Shown piece by piece: positions 28,492-36,880 of a stretch of 36,880 nucleotides of DNA. Positions within the stretch are counted from its first letter, which is position 1. The number at the start of each line of letters is the position of its first letter. A model generated the notes under the pieces. That model was not told where the DNA came from. It ran no database searches and was given only the letters and a program-made list of their open reading frames with translations. A program made the translations under genes and the position numbers. The DNA comes from Polyangiaceae bacterium (GTDB lineage: Bacteria > Myxococcota_A > Polyangia > Polyangiales > Polyangiaceae): NCBI GenBank assembly GCA_044222475.1, contig JBGANF010000081.1, positions 1-36,880 on the forward strand, in the 5' to 3' direction.

Positions 28492-29643
28492 TCAGGAGCC
28501 GTCGGGCGTCCCGACCGTGATGCTTCCGCCGCACGGCACGTCGACGATCTTGCCCTTGCCGGTGCCGACCGCGATGTTGTGCGGGCCGCACGTCGTCTTC
28601 GGGTTCGTCCCGCCCAGGCCGACGTTCTTCCCGTCGACGTAGATCGGCTGGCCCTTTCCGGCCGCGAAGGTCTTGAGCGTGCCGTCGGCCTTCGGAGAGG
28701 CCGGCGCGGTCGTCGCGGCTGCCGTAGCAGTCGCCGTCGTGGTCGTCTTCGCGTTGCTCGCCATGAGCGCGCCCGCGACGGTGCCGGCGTTCGTCGTCGG
28801 CGCGGTCGTCGCGGTCGTCGTCGGGCGGGCGGTCGTCGTGGTGGTCGTCGTGCTGCGCGACGTCGACGTCGTGTTGGTCGCGGTCGGCGCAGCGAACGCC
28901 GTACCGACGGTCGCCGTCGGGCGGGCGGTCGCGGTCGTGGTGGTGGTGGTGGTCGTCGTCCCGGTGACCGTGCTCCCGGTGCTGCCGCTGCTCCCGGAGC
29001 CCGTGCTCGTACCACTTTGGGACTTGCTCGCGGTGGCGGCCTCGGCCGAGACCTGCGCGGCCGCTTCCTGCGCCTGGTGATAGAAGTAGTAGCCGGCGCC
29101 GCCAGCGACGACGACCAGGCCGAAGAACGCGAGAGCCAACCCCGCACCGACCCAGAGGAGCACCGAGCTCTTCTTCTTCGGCGGCGGCTGCATCATCGGA
29201 ACCGGCGTCGCCATCGTGACCGGCGGGATCGACGGCTGCTGCGTCATCGGAGCCGGCGTGAGGCTCGGCTGAACGTACGACTGCTGCGTCGCCGCGAAGG
29301 CCGGCGCCAACGGAGCCTCCATCATCGGCGGAGCCGCCTCGGGCATCGGCGCGAGCGGCGACGCGAACGTCTCCGCCGCCGGCTGCGCGGCCGGCTTGTC
29401 GAGGATCTTCGTCCCACCGACGGCCCACATCTCGACGTCGTCCGTCAGATCGGGGAGCTGCTCCACCGGAGCGGCCACGACCGGCGCGGGCGCGGCGACG
29501 ACCGGAGGCGGCGCCATCATCATCGGCTGCGGCGGGGGCGGGGGCGCCGGCGGCGGCGGAGCCGGCCGCGACTCGAACGGGCGCGCCGTCAGAGCAGAGA
29601 GAGCGTCGAGGTTCGTCTTGGGAGTCTGGGGCGCTGAGCTCAT
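28492..29643 (-). CDS. Single-pass membrane protein, Pro/Thr-rich, C-terminal PEGA-like domain
   Basis: TM after KKKSS; IYVDGKNVG...CGPHNIAVG. Confidence 0.7.
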   Translation of the reverse strand: MSSAPQTPKTNLDALSALTARPFESRPAPPPPAPPPPPQPMMMAPPPVVAAPAPVVAAPVEQLPDLTDDVEMWAVGGTKILDKPAAQPAAETFASPLAPMPEAAPPMMEAPLAPAFAATQQSYVQPSLTPAPMTQQPSIPPVTMATPVPMMQPPPKKKSSVLLWVGAGLALAFFGLVVVAGGAGYYFYHQAQEAAAQVSAEAATASKSQSGTSTGSGSSGSTGSTVTGTTTTTTTTTATARPTATVGTAFAAPTATNTTSTSRSTTTTTTTARPTTTATTAPTTNAGTVAGALMASNAKTTTTATATAAATTAPASPKADGTLKTFAAGKGQPIYVDGKNVGLGGTNPKTTCGPHNIAVGTGKGKIVDVPCGGSITVGTPDGS

Positions 29644-29709
29644 GGTGGCCGAATATACGATGTAAGCGGTGGTAGGCTACCCTCGAGCGGTGAAAAAATC
29701 GTCAGCCGC

Positions 29710-30183
29710 TCAACCCGCTGAAAGTACGAAGAAATCTTCGAGCGTCAGCGTGGATGGGTCTCTCGGCAGTCGCGCCGTCGGGAGGAGTGTGCCGCTGGCG
29801 TAGCGCCAACGGCCGTCCTCCCGGACGAACTCCGAGAGCTCGGCGAAGCTCTGGTCTTCGCCGCGCCCGTATACGCGGGCGACGAACAAGACTTCCCCCC
29901 TTTTTTCGTCGTGGCGGTGGTGAACGATGCGAAGGCCCAAAAAGCGCTGTCTTTCCTTGGCGGTCGACAGCGCGCGGACCAGCTCGGCGCGGGGGAGCCC
30001 CTGGTCCGGATGATCGCCGGCTAACGTTTCCGCGAGGTACTCCCCCAGCCCCAACGCGAAGGCCGAGAACCGCGAGCGCATCAGCTGCTCGGGGGTGTCG
30101 GGCGCTTCGCCGGCGTGGAACCGACCGCAGCAGGCCGCGTACCGAGCCCCCGAGTGGCAGGGACAGTCCTTCGGCTTCGCCAT
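29710..30183 (-). CDS. ychJ: YchJ family protein (SEC-C motif)
   Basis: CPCHSG...ACC, TPEQLMRSRFSAF, ELSEFVREDGRWRY. Confidence 0.88.
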   Translation of the reverse strand: MAKPKDCPCHSGARYAACCGRFHAGEAPDTPEQLMRSRFSAFALGLGEYLAETLAGDHPDQGLPRAELVRALSTAKERQRFLGLRIVHHRHDEKRGEVLFVARVYGRGEDQSFAELSEFVREDGRWRYASGTLLPTARLPRDPSTLTLEDFFVLSAG

Positions 30184-30644
30184 CAGCGCCGCGCGAGCAC
30201 GAAGTAGAAGTGGTCGCCGTCGCCGACCTCGAGGTTCACCCCTCCCAGCCCGAGGCAGAGGTCGTCGCTCAGCGGCTTCACCTCGTCGTACAGCGAGCCG
30301 CTCAAGACGCGAGGCAGGCGCGACGGGTGGTAGTGCATCTGGAACGCCTCCGTCGGTCGCCAGCGCGACCGCCCGGCCCGCGGCTCGAAGCGACCGGCGC
30401 GCAGGAGCGGGTTCTGGAAGAACCACCGCGGCCCGTCGAAGTCGATCCCCCAGCGCATCGCCTCGAAGCCGAGCCACTCGAGCGAGCGATAGATCGGGTG
30501 CGACGCGCCTGGCGTCGCCAGCCGACGGATGGTGGTGCCGTCGAAGACACCGCGCGGGAGCTCCAAGAGCGGTGTGCGTACGAACACGTCGTCGAGCTCG
30601 GCTTCGCTCATCTGAAGGAGGTCGGTTCGAGTGGGCTGGCTCAC
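30183..30644 (-). CDS. Hypothetical protein
   Basis: GC-codon-consistent ORF between coupled genes; ELDDVF..TP...PRG.FDG, LYDEVKPL. Confidence 0.7.
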   Translation of the reverse strand: MSQPTRTDLLQMSEAELDDVFVRTPLLELPRGVFDGTTIRRLATPGASHPIYRSLEWLGFEAMRWGIDFDGPRWFFQNPLLRAGRFEPRAGRSRWRPTEAFQMHYHPSRLPRVLSGSLYDEVKPLSDDLCLGLGGVNLEVGDGDHFYFVLARR

Positions 30645-30646
30645 GG

Positions 30647-31594
30647 TCAGTATCCTACCTCGCGATCGACCAACCCCACGCGCGGTGCGTTCGCTTCGAG
30701 TCGGCTCACGTTCTCGAGGAGTACCTCCACGCCGCGCCCGACGTAGTCGAGACCCCACCCGGCGATGTGGGGCGTCACGATGGTGTTGGGCGCCGTCCAC
30801 AGCGGGTTCGAGGGAGGGAGCGGCTCCTCGCCGAAGACATCCATCGCCGCACCGCCCAGGTGTCCGCTCGACAGCGCCTCCAGCAGCGCGCCTTCGTCGA
30901 CGATGCCTCCGCGCGCGACGTTCACGAGGATGGCGCCGGGTTTCATCCCGAGGAACCGCGTGCGATCGAAGAGCCGCGTCGTCTCGACCGTCTTCGGCAC
31001 GCAGACGACGACGAAGTCCGACTCGCGGAGCATCTCGTCGAGATCGCCGCTCGCGTACACGCGCTCGACGTGTCGCACCGAAGCGCCGAGCGTGCGCCGC
31101 GTCGCGAGGACCCGCATGTCGAGCGCCGTCGCCGCTCGCGCGATGCGGCTGCCGATCGCCCCGAGGCCGACGAGGCCGATCGTCTTTCCGGCGAGCGTCC
31201 CCGACCCGAACTGGACCCACTCGCGCACGTGCTGGCGGGCGACGAGCGTGGGCACCGCGCGCACGAGCGCGAGCATCATCGCGACGACGTGCTCGGTGAC
31301 CTCGGCCGCGAACACGCCACGAAGCGTGGCGACCTCGACGGCGCGCGGAAGATCGAGCGACGGCAAGAGCATGTCCGCGCCGACGCCGAGGAGCTGGATC
31401 AAGCGGAGCTTCTGCGCGTGCGACCAACCCTCGCGCGGCGGCACCGGCGCGCACAAGACGGTGATCTCGGGCAGCGCCGCAGCGAGCGCCTCGGGCGTGT
31501 CGAGCGCGACGATGCGGCGGTGAGGCGCGCGCTTCCTCACCTCGGTGACGAGGAGGTCGACGCTTTGGTGATAGAGATGGAGAGCGTGCTCCAT
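30647..31594 (-). CDS. D-2-hydroxyacid dehydrogenase
   Basis: GLVGLGAIG, NVARG, DVFGEEPL, TPHIAG. Confidence 0.93.
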   Translation of the reverse strand: MEHALHLYHQSVDLLVTEVRKRAPHRRIVALDTPEALAAALPEITVLCAPVPPREGWSHAQKLRLIQLLGVGADMLLPSLDLPRAVEVATLRGVFAAEVTEHVVAMMLALVRAVPTLVARQHVREWVQFGSGTLAGKTIGLVGLGAIGSRIARAATALDMRVLATRRTLGASVRHVERVYASGDLDEMLRESDFVVVCVPKTVETTRLFDRTRFLGMKPGAILVNVARGGIVDEGALLEALSSGHLGGAAMDVFGEEPLPPSNPLWTAPNTIVTPHIAGWGLDYVGRGVEVLLENVSRLEANAPRVGLVDREVGY

Positions 31595-32737
31595 CAGGCG
31601 AGGGTAGCGCTCCCGCGGCGTCTTCGGCTGGGCGTCCAGCTGGGGAAGGATCCTTTTCGCGAGGGCGGGCTCGTCGCGTCCGCGGTGATGCCCGGGTCCA
31701 TGGCCGCCGCCGCCGGGGTTCTGCCAGGCGACGTGGTGACGTCGATCGCCGGCGCGCCCGTGACCGACGCTTCGGCGCTCCGAGCGGCGCTCCGCGCCGA
31801 CGGGGCCGACGTCGTGATCGAGTACGCCCGCGCCGGAGCCGCGCGCCGCGCGACCGTCTCGGCGATTCGAGTCGGCGAAGAGCGCCTCGACGGAGGCCGC
31901 GTCGAGTACGGCGCGATCGCCAGCGGTGGCGTGCGGCTCCGCACGATCGCCACGATCCCCGCCGGCGCGGGACCTCACCCAGTCGTCGTGTTCCTCCAAG
32001 GCATCGCGTGCGCGTCGATCGACTTCGCCGGGACGGCCGTCCCGCCCGTCGGAGCGCTGCTCCACGAGCTCACGCGGCTCGGCCTCGCGACGCTGCGCCT
32101 CGAGCGCCGCGGCCTCGGCGACAGCGAAGGCGGCCCCTGCGAGGTGCTCGACTTCGAGACCGAGCTCGCGGACCTCCGCGCCGCCCTCGCCGAGGTCGAC
32201 CCGACGCGGCTCGTCCTGTTCGGCCACAGCATCGGGGGGATGATGCTCCCACTCCTGGCCGACTCGTCACCGCCGCGAGCAGCGATCGTCTTCGGTACGT
32301 CGAGCGTCCGCTGGTCCGACTGCATGGCCGCGTCGACGCGGCGCCAGCTCGCGCTGCGCGGGACGGAGCCCGAAGCGATCGATCGCGAGGTCGCCGCCGA
32401 GGCCGAGGCGATCGCGCGCGCCGCACCGGACGAGATCCTCTTCGGACGGAGCGGCGCGTTCCACGGTCAGTTGCAGAATGCACGTATCGAGGAGGCGTAC
32501 GGTCGCCTGCGGTGCCCGCTCCTCGTCGTCCAGGGAGAGCACGACTGGGTCGTGGGCGAAGACGAGTCGCGCGCGCTCGCCGCGCGGCCCGGCGCCGAGC
32601 TGTTCGTCGCCCCGGGCATGGACCACGCGTTCGGCTGCCACCCGTCGCGCGCGGCGAGCCTCGAGCATTTCGGCAAAGGTACCTTCGATCCGGCCCTCGC
32701 CGCGCGAATCGAGGAGTTCGTTCGTCGCTCCACCTGA
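31577..32737 (+). CDS. PDZ-domain alpha/beta serine hydrolase
   Basis: N-terminal PDZ (VMPGSMAAAAGVLPGDVVTSIAG); GHSIGG nucleophile elbow, QGEHD, MDH; start uncertain (31577 or 31586). Confidence 0.8.
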   Translation: MESVLHQARVALPRRLRLGVQLGKDPFREGGLVASAVMPGSMAAAAGVLPGDVVTSIAGAPVTDASALRAALRADGADVVIEYARAGAARRATVSAIRVGEERLDGGRVEYGAIASGGVRLRTIATIPAGAGPHPVVVFLQGIACASIDFAGTAVPPVGALLHELTRLGLATLRLERRGLGDSEGGPCEVLDFETELADLRAALAEVDPTRLVLFGHSIGGMMLPLLADSSPPRAAIVFGTSSVRWSDCMAASTRRQLALRGTEPEAIDREVAAEAEAIARAAPDEILFGRSGAFHGQLQNARIEEAYGRLRCPLLVVQGEHDWVVGEDESRALAARPGAELFVAPGMDHAFGCHPSRAASLEHFGKGTFDPALAARIEEFVRRST

Positions 32738-32781
32738 GCTATGCTCGCGAGTCGACGATCCATCGACGTGCAAGGAGCACC

Positions 32782-33117
32782 ATGTCCCTCCACTCCTGCG
32801 ATGCCTGCCTCCGTCACGTACGCTCGTCCCCATGCCCGTTTTGTGGGGCGGCCGTCGCTTCGATCGCGGCGCCTCCCGTCGGTGGTCGGGTCGCGCGCGG
32901 CATCGTCCTCACGGCCGCGTGTGCCGCCGCGATGGTTGCAGCATGCAACGATGCGAAGGCGCCGAACGAAGTGACGGTGCAGGGCGTCGACGCCGGCCCG
33001 ACCGCGAACTCCACCGCGACCCGGGCGCCCGACGCCGCCGCGTCGGTCGAGACGCCCGTCCTCGTCGCCCCGCCCTATGGGAACGCCCCGTTCGACCCCG
33101 CCTGGGAGACGATCTGA
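32782..33117 (+). CDS. Zn-ribbon lipoprotein, putative splicease substrate A (1 PYG)
   Basis: AAGGAG RBS; CDACLRH..CPFC, RVARG + hydrophobic stretch + VAAC; C-terminal VAPPYGNAP. Confidence 0.8.
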   Translation: MSLHSCDACLRHVRSSPCPFCGAAVASIAAPPVGGRVARGIVLTAACAAAMVAACNDAKAPNEVTVQGVDAGPTANSTATRAPDAAASVETPVLVAPPYGNAPFDPAWETI

Positions 33118-33119
33118 CG

Positions 33120-33569
33120 ATGAGGCTCGTCCTCTGCGAATCCTGCGCGCGCCACGTGCGCGAGGATGGTGACCGATGCCCCTTCTGCGGAGCTTCGGCG
33201 CCCTCGAAGGGGATCTCCGGCGCTCCCGACCGCGTGGGCCGCCTCGGCCGCGCGGCCTTGATGGCGTTCGGCGTGGCTGCAGGAAGCGCAGGGATCGAGG
33301 GATGCCAAAAGGACATCGCGCAGCCCTACGGCGCCCCACCGGACAAGAGCGACGCCATCGCGATCGCGATGCCGTACGGCGCCCCGCCCGAGCGCCCCGA
33401 CACGTCCGTGCGCAACGCGCCATTCGTCGAGCCGGACGCTTCGACCACCGCGGTCGTCGACGCCAGCGCGAAACCGAAGGACTCGGGCGCCCAGACCACG
33501 GCTCCCACCACCACGCGCGCCATCGCCAAACCGTACGGTGCGCCACCCGATCCCGACGCCATCGTCTGA
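33120..33569 (+). CDS. Zn-ribbon lipoprotein, putative splicease substrate B (3 PYGAPP)
   Basis: CESCARH...CPFC, RLGRAALMAFG...IEGC; IAQPYGAPP, IAMPYGAPP, IAKPYGAPP. Confidence 0.85.
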   Translation: MRLVLCESCARHVREDGDRCPFCGASAPSKGISGAPDRVGRLGRAALMAFGVAAGSAGIEGCQKDIAQPYGAPPDKSDAIAIAMPYGAPPERPDTSVRNAPFVEPDASTTAVVDASAKPKDSGAQTTAPTTTRAIAKPYGAPPDPDAIV

Positions 33570-33580
33570 AGGAGAACCGC

Positions 33581-34078
33581 ATGCACCTCGTGCTCTGTCC
33601 CGACTGCCAACGCCACGTTCGCGACGACGCTTCGTCGTGTCCCTTCTGCGGCCGCGCCGCGTCGTCCCAAGACGACGGATCCCGTCCCGGCGCACCGGTT
33701 CGCGTCGCGCGGCTCGGCCGCGCCGCGATCATGGCCTTCGGCGTCGCGGCGAGCGCCGCTTCGCTGAGCGCGTGCGCGAAGGAGCCCGACAACATCGCGC
33801 AGCCCTACGGAGCGCCGCCGAACCCGACGCCCACGCCCACGACGACCGAGACCGCACCTCCGATCGTCGACGCCGCGCCGGCCCCGACCGAGACCACCGT
33901 CACGCCACCGCCGCCGCCGCCGCAGGTCGCCGACGCGAGCGCACCGAAGGACGCGGCTGCGGCTCCGAAGAAGGACGCCGGCGCCGCCGCCACGACGACG
34001 GCCACCGCCACCGCGACGCCGATCCGCAACATGAACAAGCCCTACGGCGCGCCGCCGATCCCCGAAGACTGGGTCTAG
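33581..34078 (+). CDS. Zn-ribbon lipoprotein, putative splicease substrate C (2 PYGAPP)
   Basis: AAGGAG RBS; CPDCQRH...CPFC, RLGRAAIMAFG...LSAC; IAQPYGAPP, MNKPYGAPP. Confidence 0.85.
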   Translation: MHLVLCPDCQRHVRDDASSCPFCGRAASSQDDGSRPGAPVRVARLGRAAIMAFGVAASAASLSACAKEPDNIAQPYGAPPNPTPTPTTTETAPPIVDAAPAPTETTVTPPPPPPQVADASAPKDAAAAPKKDAGAAATTTATATATPIRNMNKPYGAPPIPEDWV

Positions 34079-35331
34079 GCGTCTTCGACGATCACGTCGA
34101 AGCGCGCGTGATCGAACGGCACTCCCGGCGCCGCTTCCACCGGGACGATCCGCTCTCGCTTCCCCATCCGCTGATGCTCGAGCGCACGGTGATGGCACAG
34201 CGGGTTGTTCCCCGGGCGGCCGAAGATGGACTCGCTCGTCCACGTGCAGCCTCCCATGCACACCTCGGCGTAGTAGCAGGTGCGGCAGTACCCCCAGAGA
34301 TCGTCCACCGTGCGATCCCGCGTGTAGCGGAGCTTCGGCGCGCGCTCCCAGATGTCGACGAGCTTCGCGTCGCGGATCGATCCGCCGCTCCACGTCGCCG
34401 TGCTCAGCGACGGGCATCCCTTGATGGTACCGTCGGACTCGATCCCCATCCCCGACCAGCCCGCGCCGCACGACGCCATGTGCCCGCGCGGCATCGTCCC
34501 GTGGAGCTTGCTCTCGATCGGCCCGAAGTAGCCCACGTTGTTCCCCGGCCAGAGACGGATGTTCGCCGCTTTGCAGCGGTCCGCGATGTCGCCGAGGATC
34601 GGGAAGAGCTCGAGGAGGTCGTACGGTTGGAGCAGCACCTCCGGCTCGTCGGCGGCGCGACCCATGCCGACGGTGATCTGGATCTGCCAGCTGTGCACGT
34701 GCCGCGCCTCGATCGTCTCGAAGACGTGGTGCAGCTCGCGCATGCTCAGCCGGTTGATCTGCGTGTTCGCGGAGACCTTCACGCCCGCTTCGCGCAGGTT
34801 CTCGAGCGCCTCCAGCGCGGCGGCGTAAGATCCCTTCCACGCGCGAAGGCGGTCGTGCGTCTCTTCGGCACCGTCGATCGAGACGCTCGCGCTCGCGAGC
34901 CCCGCCGTGGCGGCGGCGCGCGCGCGCTCCTTCGACAGCCCGCGACCGCCGGTCGTCATGAGCGGCGTCATCCCGCGCTTCTTGATGTGGGCGATGACCT
35001 CGAGCCAGTCGTCGCGAAGGTACGCCTCGCCGCCGATGAGGATGACCTCCATGACGCCGAGGTCGGCGAGCTGATCGACGAGGTCGAGACACTCGCGGGT
35101 GTCGAGCTCGTCGCCGCGGGCGCGACCGGCGCGCGAGCCGCAGTGGCGGCACGCGAGATCGCACGCGAGGGTGATCTCCCAGACTGCGTAGATCGGGCGG
35201 ACCTTCTGGTCGATCTCGCGGCTCTCGGCGGCGAGCGGAAGCCGCCGTTTTGCCGGATCGATCAGGAGCGGCAGGTCGCGGCGCGGGCGGGGGGCGTCGA
35301 GGAGCGCGCGGCGGTCGGGATCCTCGCTCAT
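34075..35331 (-). CDS. Radical SAM/SPASM peptide maturase, PlpX / Y_X(10)_GDL-associated (splicease-like)
   Basis: YAVWEITLACDLACRHCGSRAG (CxxxCxxC); SPASM SCGAG..GIESDGTIKGCP...CRTC..AEVCMGGC...GNNPLCHHRAL. Confidence 0.85.
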   Translation of the reverse strand: MSEDPDRRALLDAPRPRRDLPLLIDPAKRRLPLAAESREIDQKVRPIYAVWEITLACDLACRHCGSRAGRARGDELDTRECLDLVDQLADLGVMEVILIGGEAYLRDDWLEVIAHIKKRGMTPLMTTGGRGLSKERARAAATAGLASASVSIDGAEETHDRLRAWKGSYAAALEALENLREAGVKVSANTQINRLSMRELHHVFETIEARHVHSWQIQITVGMGRAADEPEVLLQPYDLLELFPILGDIADRCKAANIRLWPGNNVGYFGPIESKLHGTMPRGHMASCGAGWSGMGIESDGTIKGCPSLSTATWSGGSIRDAKLVDIWERAPKLRYTRDRTVDDLWGYCRTCYYAEVCMGGCTWTSESIFGRPGNNPLCHHRALEHQRMGKRERIVPVEAAPGVPFDHARFDVIVEDA

Positions 35332-35492
35332 CGGCTTCTCGAAAGGGGTGTAGCACCCCGCGGGAGAGCTGGGACGGGTCTGGGTGGCGTGCGATGGGGC
35401 ATTCGTGTAGGGTGTCACGCGACAGAGGGTCCCGTGTAGGGGGCGTACGGTACGCGCCGAAGGGTCTCCGCAACACGACGACAGGAGTACGC

Positions 35493-36698
35493 ATGAACAG
35501 GAAGTCTTTGCTTCGGGGTGTGATTCTCGGGGCGCTATCCACCGGCCTCGCCGGTGCGGCGTTCCTCGCCTGCACGGGTGACGACACGACCGTGACGCCG
35601 GACGCCGGCCCCGACGTGGTCGTTCAGGACGCGCCGGTCGATGCCCCGAAGGATCAGGCCAACCCGGTCGACGCGGGTGCCCCGGCGAAGCTGATCGTGG
35701 CCCACGCGTCGCCCGACATCGGCGCGTTCCGCTTCTGCTTCAAGCGCGGCGCCGACGTGCAGAGCGCGGTGATGGCCCCGCTGCCGCCGCTCCCGAACAA
35801 GGTGAGCAGCGTGCTGCAGCCCTACCCCGGCGTCTTCCAGGGCACCGGTGGACCACTGCCGAGCCTCGGCACCGACTTCTCGAACCTCGTGATCGTCCCC
35901 TACGTCATGCTCGCCGCCAACCTTGCGGCCAAGGGCGCGATCCCGGGTGACGCCGGCACGCAGCCCGCGTGCGACGAGCTCTTCGCCGCTGACGCGTCGA
36001 TCAACCTCGTCAAGGACACCGACTACTTCGAGCTCCCGCCGATCCCGGCTGGCCTCCTCCTCCGGAACAAGACGTTCCTCCTCCTCGCGACCGGCTGCCG
36101 CCCGACGGCGACGCGGCGTGCAGGCGTCACCGACGGTCAGTGCGGGCCGACCTACAACGGAACGACGGGCAACCTCGGGATCATTGCCTTCGAGCTCGAT
36201 CGCTCGCCGCGCGCCAACACCGAGATGGGCGTCCAGTTCGCCCACGCCGCAGCTCCAGCCAACGACTTCGTCAAGCAGCCGGTCCTCCCGGGCATGGTGC
36301 TCGACGGAAGCTTCACGCCCCTCGGCGACGCGGCCGTCGCCTACGCGAGCTTGAACAAAGACGCCGCGACCCCGGTCACCGGCGTCGCACCGACCGACTC
36401 GTTCGGCGTGCGCGTCCAGCTCCCCGTGGGACCCGACGCGAGCATCGTTCCGGTCACGCTCGCTGCCTCGCTGCCGCAGATCCAGTTCAGCACCATCGTG
36501 GACTCGGGCACGCCCTCGTTCTACGCCAACGGAGTGAACTACACGTTCGTCGCGGTCGGCGACCCGAACGTGCCGCAGTACATCGATCCGTTCGACGGCG
36601 GTCCGAGCGCGCCGGACGCGGGTGGCCGTCCCAACGGCTACACGTTCCACTACCTCGGGTTCCCGAACGACCCGACGCTGCCGCCGTTCACTCCGTGA
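35493..36698 (+). CDS. Lipoprotein with DUF4397-like domains
   Basis: AGGAG RBS; FLAC lipobox; LIVAHASPD and VQFAHAAP repeats. Confidence 0.75.
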   Translation: MNRKSLLRGVILGALSTGLAGAAFLACTGDDTTVTPDAGPDVVVQDAPVDAPKDQANPVDAGAPAKLIVAHASPDIGAFRFCFKRGADVQSAVMAPLPPLPNKVSSVLQPYPGVFQGTGGPLPSLGTDFSNLVIVPYVMLAANLAAKGAIPGDAGTQPACDELFAADASINLVKDTDYFELPPIPAGLLLRNKTFLLLATGCRPTATRRAGVTDGQCGPTYNGTTGNLGIIAFELDRSPRANTEMGVQFAHAAAPANDFVKQPVLPGMVLDGSFTPLGDAAVAYASLNKDAATPVTGVAPTDSFGVRVQLPVGPDASIVPVTLAASLPQIQFSTIVDSGTPSFYANGVNYTFVAVGDPNVPQYIDPFDGGPSAPDAGGRPNGYTFHYLGFPNDPTLPPFTP

Positions 36699-36715
36699 GC
36701 TGAGCTGCACGCGTG

Positions 36716-36751
36716 AAAACGCCCGATCTCCGCGAGGAGCTCGGGCGTTTT
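36716..36751. terminator. Bidirectional intrinsic terminator
   Basis: AAAACGCCCGA...TCGGGCGTTTT hairpin between convergent genes. Confidence 0.8.
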
Positions 36752-36773
36752 ACTTTCCGCTCGGCGGCGTCGA

Positions 36774-36880
36774 TCAGGGGCAGAGCGAGCCCGCGCCGGT
36801 CCCGGCGCAGACGTGCTCGCTCGCCTTCAGCGTGGGCACCGGGTCGCCATCCTTGACCGCGATGAACAGGCAGCTCGCGA
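36774..36880 (-). CDS. Partial CDS (3' end), hypothetical
   Basis: Open frame ...ASCLFIAVKDGDPVPTLKASEHVCAGTGAGSLCP* ending just before the terminator. Confidence 0.5.
   Translation of the reverse strand, partial: ASCLFIAVKDGDPVPTLKASEHVCAGTGAGSLCP

Noticed and set aside
30095..31576. 880-aa ORF as a single large hydrolase
   Set aside because: The N-terminal part is antisense to three real minus-strand genes.
34075..35331. Annotation as PqqE or heme d1/NirJ biosynthesis enzyme
   Set aside because: No pqq, nir or ahb genes nearby; terminal motifs and adjacent YG-repeat ORFs fit a peptide splicease better.

Overview
High-GC chromosomal window, most likely from a myxobacterium (Polyangiales-like; inferred from the many Pro/Ala/Thr-linker lipoproteins and AgmX/ExbD-like domains). 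About 38 genes: a MacAB-type ABC efflux operon, an ECF sigma factor with a coupled membrane partner, TlpA, SDRs, a TetR/cupin pair, a Fur-box-preceded imelysin / vitamin-K-dependent-carboxylase-like / TonB receptor operon, lysR-dctA, glnS, ychJ and several lipoproteins. The standout is at 32782-35331. Three tandem paralogous small proteins (zinc-ribbon leader, lipoprotein signal, six P-Y-G motifs in total) converge on a PlpX/TIGR03913-like radical SAM/SPASM 'splicease', suggesting membrane-anchored alpha-keto-beta-amide (spliceotide) lipoproteins. A second notable region is a ~3.2 kb block bracketed by two same-orientation (GCGGAA)n tracts, holding a four-helix-bundle gene behind a branched stem-loop plus immunity-like genes. 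Two nested inverted-repeat elements and a recurring leaderless-type start signature are also present. All family assignments are from motif recognition by eye; no database searches were run.
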